Shown: piece after piece, positions 60,052 through 64,000 of the stretch
Layout of the letters: the number at the start of each line of letters is the position of its first letter
Numbering within the stretch: the stretch's first letter is position 1
NCBI GenBank assembly: GCA_964394435.1
Contig: CAYMXN010000001.1
Coordinates: forward strand, 170,428-234,427
From: an uncultured Candidatus Saccharibacteria bacterium
Lineage (GTDB): Bacteria > Patescibacteriota > Minisyncoccia > UBA6257 > 1-14-0-10-44-23
DNA: 64,000 bases
Direction: 5' to 3'
The notes under the pieces: model-generated
What the model was told of the DNA's origin: nothing
Databases searched by the model: none
Seen by the model: only the letters and a program-made list of their open reading frames with translations
Translations under genes and position numbers: made by a program

Positions 60052-61125
60052 TTAGATTCTCTCGAGCAGGATGCGAAGTTCGGAAGGATTAATTGAGTAC
60101 AGTTCGGCGTTTTCAAGGCTGATCTGCTTTTGCTTAACCAGTGTGGCGAGACGGCGGTTAAGCGTCATCATACCCTCTTGTAGGTTTGTTTCGATAACCA
60201 GGTCGATCTGATACGCTTTGCGCTCACGGATCAAGTTACGGATAGCCGAGTTTACGATCATTATTTCGCAAACCGGAATACGTCCACCGCTAATTTTTGG
60301 CACTAGGCGTTGCGAAACAATTGCCACAAGCGTGGCGGCAAGCTGGCTCGTCACCTGTCCTTGCTGCCCCTCCGGAAAACTGTCGATAATACGATCGATA
60401 GTTTGACTGGCAGAGTTTGTGTGAAGCGTCGAAAAGACTAAGTGACCAGTTTCCGCCGCAGTCATTGCGGTTGAAATGGACTCTGGGTCGCGCATTTCAC
60501 CAACCATGATGACGTCTGGGTCTTGGCGCAATACGGATTTAAGTGCCTGATTGAAGTTTGAAGTATCTCCTCCCACTTCACGCTGCGAAATAATCGAACG
60601 ATCCTGACTAAATAGGTACTCAATCGGATCTTCGATCGTGATAATGTGCTCGGTACGGGTGTGGTTGATCTCGTCTAAAACTGCGGCAAGCGTAGTAGAC
60701 TTTCCCTGACCGGCCGGACCGACACACAAAATAAATCCCTGTGAGATTTTTGCAAAATCATGAAGAACTGGCGGCAACCCAAGCTCTTCGATTGTTTTAA
60801 TTTGCGCAGGAATTAAACGAAGCGCTGCAGCCATATATCCGCGCTGAAAAAATGCGTTAGCGCGGAAACGGGCATCGTCGCCGTGGGAAAACGAAAAATC
60901 AATCTCGCGATTGTGTAAAAAAGTTTCTTTTTGCTGTGGAGTAAGAAGAGCTGAAACTAACCCCTCGGCGACCTCTGGGGTGATGATCTCCTCTTGTTGT
61001 AATGGCACAAGAATACCGTCGAGACGAAGTGTCGGCCGACGGCCAACGGCGATGTGTAAGTCAGAAGCACCTTGTCGGGCGGTTGTAATCAGTAAGTCGC
61101 TTAACTTTTGTTTGTAGTTTTCCAT
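60052..61125 (-). CDS. pilT: Type IV pilus retraction ATPase
   Basis: ASDLH, Walker A GPAGQGKSTT, TIEDPIE, GEMRD, AAETGHLV. Confidence 0.94.
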   Translation of the reverse strand: MENYKQKLSDLLITTARQGASDLHIAVGRRPTLRLDGILVPLQQEEIITPEVAEGLVSALLTPQQKETFLHNREIDFSFSHGDDARFRANAFFQRGYMAAALRLIPAQIKTIEELGLPPVLHDFAKISQGFILCVGPAGQGKSTTLAAVLDEINHTRTEHIITIEDPIEYLFSQDRSIISQREVGGDTSNFNQALKSVLRQDPDVIMVGEMRDPESISTAMTAAETGHLVFSTLHTNSASQTIDRIIDSFPEGQQGQVTSQLAATLVAIVSQRLVPKISGGRIPVCEIMIVNSAIRNLIRERKAYQIDLVIETNLQEGMMTLNRRLATLVKQKQISLENAELYSINPSELRILLERI

Positions 61126-61150
61126 AGCTTATTTTTAAGTATATCACTGA

Positions 61151-62887
61151 TTAAAACTCCTCGGTTTCGCGAATAACATCTTCGATGGTTAAAATACCAT
61201 CAAGCGCTTTCATAATACCGTCTTGGCGAAGCGTAATCATACCCTGCCGGCGAGCCTCTTCGGCGATTTTTACATCATTGATGCCGCCGCTGATAATCGC
61301 AGCTAACTGCGGAGTCATTTGTAGCATTTCGAAAATCGCGATACGTCCGACGATGCCTTTTTGCTTACAAACCTCACAACCTGGCGCGTGATATATCGTA
61401 TATGGCTTTTTATATTTAGCGCGCAACGCCTCTGGGAGTTTTGCTAGCTCTTTATCGATTACCGCCGCTATCGTAGCCGGAGCCTCTGTTCCCTTTTTGC
61501 ACTTTTGGCAGATTTTTGAGACTAGTCGCTGCGCCGCCATTACGTTTACTGCTGACGGAAGCAAAAATGGCTCAACTTTCATATCAGCTAAGCGGGAGAT
61601 AACTGAAAGTGCGTTGTTCGTGTGGAGCGTTGAAAGAACGATGTGTCCGGTGAGTGCGGCGTGAACGGCGAGTCCGGCGGTTTCGCTATCACGAATCTCA
61701 CCAACCATAATAACATCTGGGTCTTGGCGCAAAATCTGGCGAAGTCCTGATGCAAAATCATATCCAATTTCAGGACGAACCTGTGATTGGTTTACCCCAT
61801 CAATCGTGTACTCAACCGGATCCTCGAGGCTGACTACGTTTGTACCAACGCCATTTAAAATCTGCATTATCGCGTACAACGTTGTTGTCTTACCAGAACC
61901 AGTCGGACCGGTAATCAGCACCATACCATATGGCTTTTTTACATTTTCCATAATGATATCGAGATTGCGTCCCACTAAGCCAAGTTGATCGAGACTCTTA
62001 AGTCCCGTGTTTGGATCAAGTACGCGTAGCGCAACCTTTTCTCCTGATGGTGTTGGAAAAGTTGAAACACGAAAGTCGATCTCGCGACCAAAAATATTCG
62101 TACGGAATCGTCCGTCTTGTGGTACACGATTTTCATCAATTTTTAACTCCGACATAATTTTTACGCGGGAGAGAATTGGCTGATGGAGCTCGATCGGCAT
62201 ACTGGAGATTTCTTGGAGTACTCCATCGATACGAAAACGCACTCGAACTCGTTTCCCTTCAGGCTCGATGTGAATATCAGACGCACCCACATTGATCGCC
62301 TCTTTAAGCAAAGATGCGACGATTTTAATAACCGGGGCTTCTTCGGCGCTACCCATTGTTCGTTCTTCAAGACCAATCACGCGCTGCTTTTGTGCGCCCG
62401 CTTTATCCGGCTTAGCCATTACGGTACGCAGTGCCTCCTGAAACGTACTTTGAAATGGCGAGTAGCGGCGAAGTACGAGATTTAGATCTGATGGCGTGAT
62501 GATATACGCACCAAGATTAATACGCCCCTGCTTGGCGATAAACCGGAGCACCTCCTGCGTTTTTTGGTCATCAGGATGCACCATACCGACCGTCAATAAA
62601 TCACCTTCTTTTGCCAACGGAACAACTTGGTAGGTCTTTGCGGTCTCTTCTGGAATAATCTTTAATACGTCGTCAGAAATTTCTGACAAACTTACCTGCA
62701 TAAATGGAATCCCTAAAATCTTACCCTTCGCCTCTGCGATGCTCTTTTCGTCAGCAAGATTTCTTCCATACAAAACATCTTCGGCTGGTTTGCCGAAGCT
62801 AATGCTGTCGCGGAGTACATTTTCTCCATCCTGCGGAGACAGAAAACCGCCGTCTATCAGTTCTTTTACAAGACGCTGGTCATCCAT
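61151..62887 (-). CDS. pilB: Type IV pilus assembly ATPase PilB/GspE
   Basis: ASDIHIEP, PQDGR, GPTGSGKTTT, GEIRD, tetra-Cys. Confidence 0.95.
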   Translation of the reverse strand: MDDQRLVKELIDGGFLSPQDGENVLRDSISFGKPAEDVLYGRNLADEKSIAEAKGKILGIPFMQVSLSEISDDVLKIIPEETAKTYQVVPLAKEGDLLTVGMVHPDDQKTQEVLRFIAKQGRINLGAYIITPSDLNLVLRRYSPFQSTFQEALRTVMAKPDKAGAQKQRVIGLEERTMGSAEEAPVIKIVASLLKEAINVGASDIHIEPEGKRVRVRFRIDGVLQEISSMPIELHQPILSRVKIMSELKIDENRVPQDGRFRTNIFGREIDFRVSTFPTPSGEKVALRVLDPNTGLKSLDQLGLVGRNLDIIMENVKKPYGMVLITGPTGSGKTTTLYAIMQILNGVGTNVVSLEDPVEYTIDGVNQSQVRPEIGYDFASGLRQILRQDPDVIMVGEIRDSETAGLAVHAALTGHIVLSTLHTNNALSVISRLADMKVEPFLLPSAVNVMAAQRLVSKICQKCKKGTEAPATIAAVIDKELAKLPEALRAKYKKPYTIYHAPGCEVCKQKGIVGRIAIFEMLQMTPQLAAIISGGINDVKIAEEARRQGMITLRQDGIMKALDGILTIEDVIRETEEF

Positions 62888-62901
62888 AGCGGTTTTGTAT
62901 T

Positions 62902-63192
62902 TTACGGAGCTAAAAATGGATTTCCTCGACCAAAGGAGCCACCAGTTGGGACATTTACTACTTTACGCAGCGCCTTAAACTCATTACCATCAAATACCGT
63001 GCCCGGATCGAGTGTGAATTTGGCGATCTTCGAAGTTTGTTCAAGTGGCTTTGGCAAGATGACGTCTACTTTTGGTGATGGTGAGAAGAATAAGAAGTAC
63101 GCACCGCCAAAAACGATACCAATAATAATCAGGATGATTAACAGATTAAGAAATCCTATTCCGTTTTTTCGTTCTTCAATGACGATTGCCAT
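62902..63192 (-). CDS. Small membrane protein of the pilus cluster
   Basis: Single TM, C-terminal GRGNPF. Confidence 0.7.
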   Translation of the reverse strand: MAIVIEERKNGIGFLNLLIILIIIGIVFGGAYFLFFSPSPKVDVILPKPLEQTSKIAKFTLDPGTVFDGNEFKALRKVVNVPTGGSFGRGNPFLAP

Positions 63193-63194
63193 AG

Positions 63195-63764
63195 TTATGA
63201 TTGATAATACGTATTAATTGAGACGTTGAAGAAGAATAGATCTTGGTTAGATTTTGATACTGGCTGCATTTTGAGGCTTGTGAGATCCATGACGCGCAGG
63301 TTCTGTTCAACTCCCTGCATAAACATCTTGAAATTTGCGTACGATCCGACAACGTAGATATTAATCTGTGCTGTTCCAACACTGCGAATCAATGATTTAT
63401 CTGACGTAGTCGTTTTTGTTGCTTGGGCGTTATTAATACCGAACTGTTGAATGCTTAGATTGCTTTCTTGTGCGAGGGCGTAGAGCTGACCAAACGCCCC
63501 GGCTGTATCTTCACTCGTGGGGAGCGCGAGACTGACTACGTTGCGCAGGTCTGGAATACTGCGATACTTCGTGAGTAGTGTTTTAACCTGATTTACAATT
63601 TGACGCTGATTGTCGAGTGCTGAAACCTTACTCTGATACTCGCCTCGGAGCTCGTTTACTACATCATACTGCGGCACTACCATATCGGAATACGCAATAA
63701 TAGCACCCAATAAGAGTGAGGCGCTTAGCAAGATGCTGATGATTCGTTTCGTTGATCCTTTCAT
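63195..63764 (-). CDS. pilO: PilO-like pilus assembly protein
   Basis: TM + coiled coil, LP...GSY..F..F...E...R.MD pattern. Confidence 0.8.
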   Translation of the reverse strand: MKGSTKRIISILLSASLLLGAIIAYSDMVVPQYDVVNELRGEYQSKVSALDNQRQIVNQVKTLLTKYRSIPDLRNVVSLALPTSEDTAGAFGQLYALAQESNLSIQQFGINNAQATKTTTSDKSLIRSVGTAQINIYVVGSYANFKMFMQGVEQNLRVMDLTSLKMQPVSKSNQDLFFFNVSINTYYQS

Positions 63765-63768
63765 ATCT

Positions 63769-64000
63769 TTAGAGGGCGAATACGCCTGGATTAATAAAGA
63801 TATTGAGACGGAATCGAACTTTCCCGTCGACAGACTGCGACTCGGTTAACAGATACTTTTGAATTTGAGGAACTTTCGAGAGCCCAGCGAGTTGCGTGGC
63901 AAGTACTTCGTACGAGCTCGCGATACCCTCAAGATTAATACGGCGCTCACCGACCGAAAGATCGAGTGAGGTGAAATATACGCGTGACTCGGTGTTGCGC
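63769..64000 (-). CDS. PilN-like protein (5'-truncated by window edge)
   Basis: Open frame RVYFTSLDL...LEGIASSYEVLATQL upstream of pilO. Confidence 0.65.
   Translation of the reverse strand, partial: RNTESRVYFTSLDLSVGERRINLEGIASSYEVLATQLAGLSKVPQIQKYLLTESQSVDGKVRFRLNIFINPGVFAL

Overview
A bacterial chromosome segment with Patescibacteria/Parcubacteria (CPR)-like gene content: many aminoacyl-tRNA synthetases, cell-wall/division genes, a type IV pilus cluster, a 23S-5S rRNA unit with no adjacent 16S, and three tRNAs. The lineage is inferred from gene content. Gene orientation flips from mostly + to mostly - at about 28 kb (convergent), suggesting the replication terminus. Nearby, a dif-like 11-6-11 site (25936-25963) and a degenerate copy (24210-24237) bracket a 1.7-kb AT-rich island carrying a PIN toxin-antitoxin-like pair. 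The most striking unexplained signal is about a dozen intergenic units built as sigma70 promoter, ORF-less structured sequence, intrinsic terminator. Two are large (about 585 nt at 41.0-41.6 kb, ending in a tRNA-like module; about 675 nt at 50.2-50.9 kb), and I could not match either by eye to RNase P, tmRNA, SRP or introns. Two small GIY-YIG nuclease genes sit beside inverted repeats or REP-like motifs, and many SD-led orphan ORF cassettes lie among apparently near-leaderless housekeeping genes. All RNA structures and promoters were read by eye; nothing was computed or searched.
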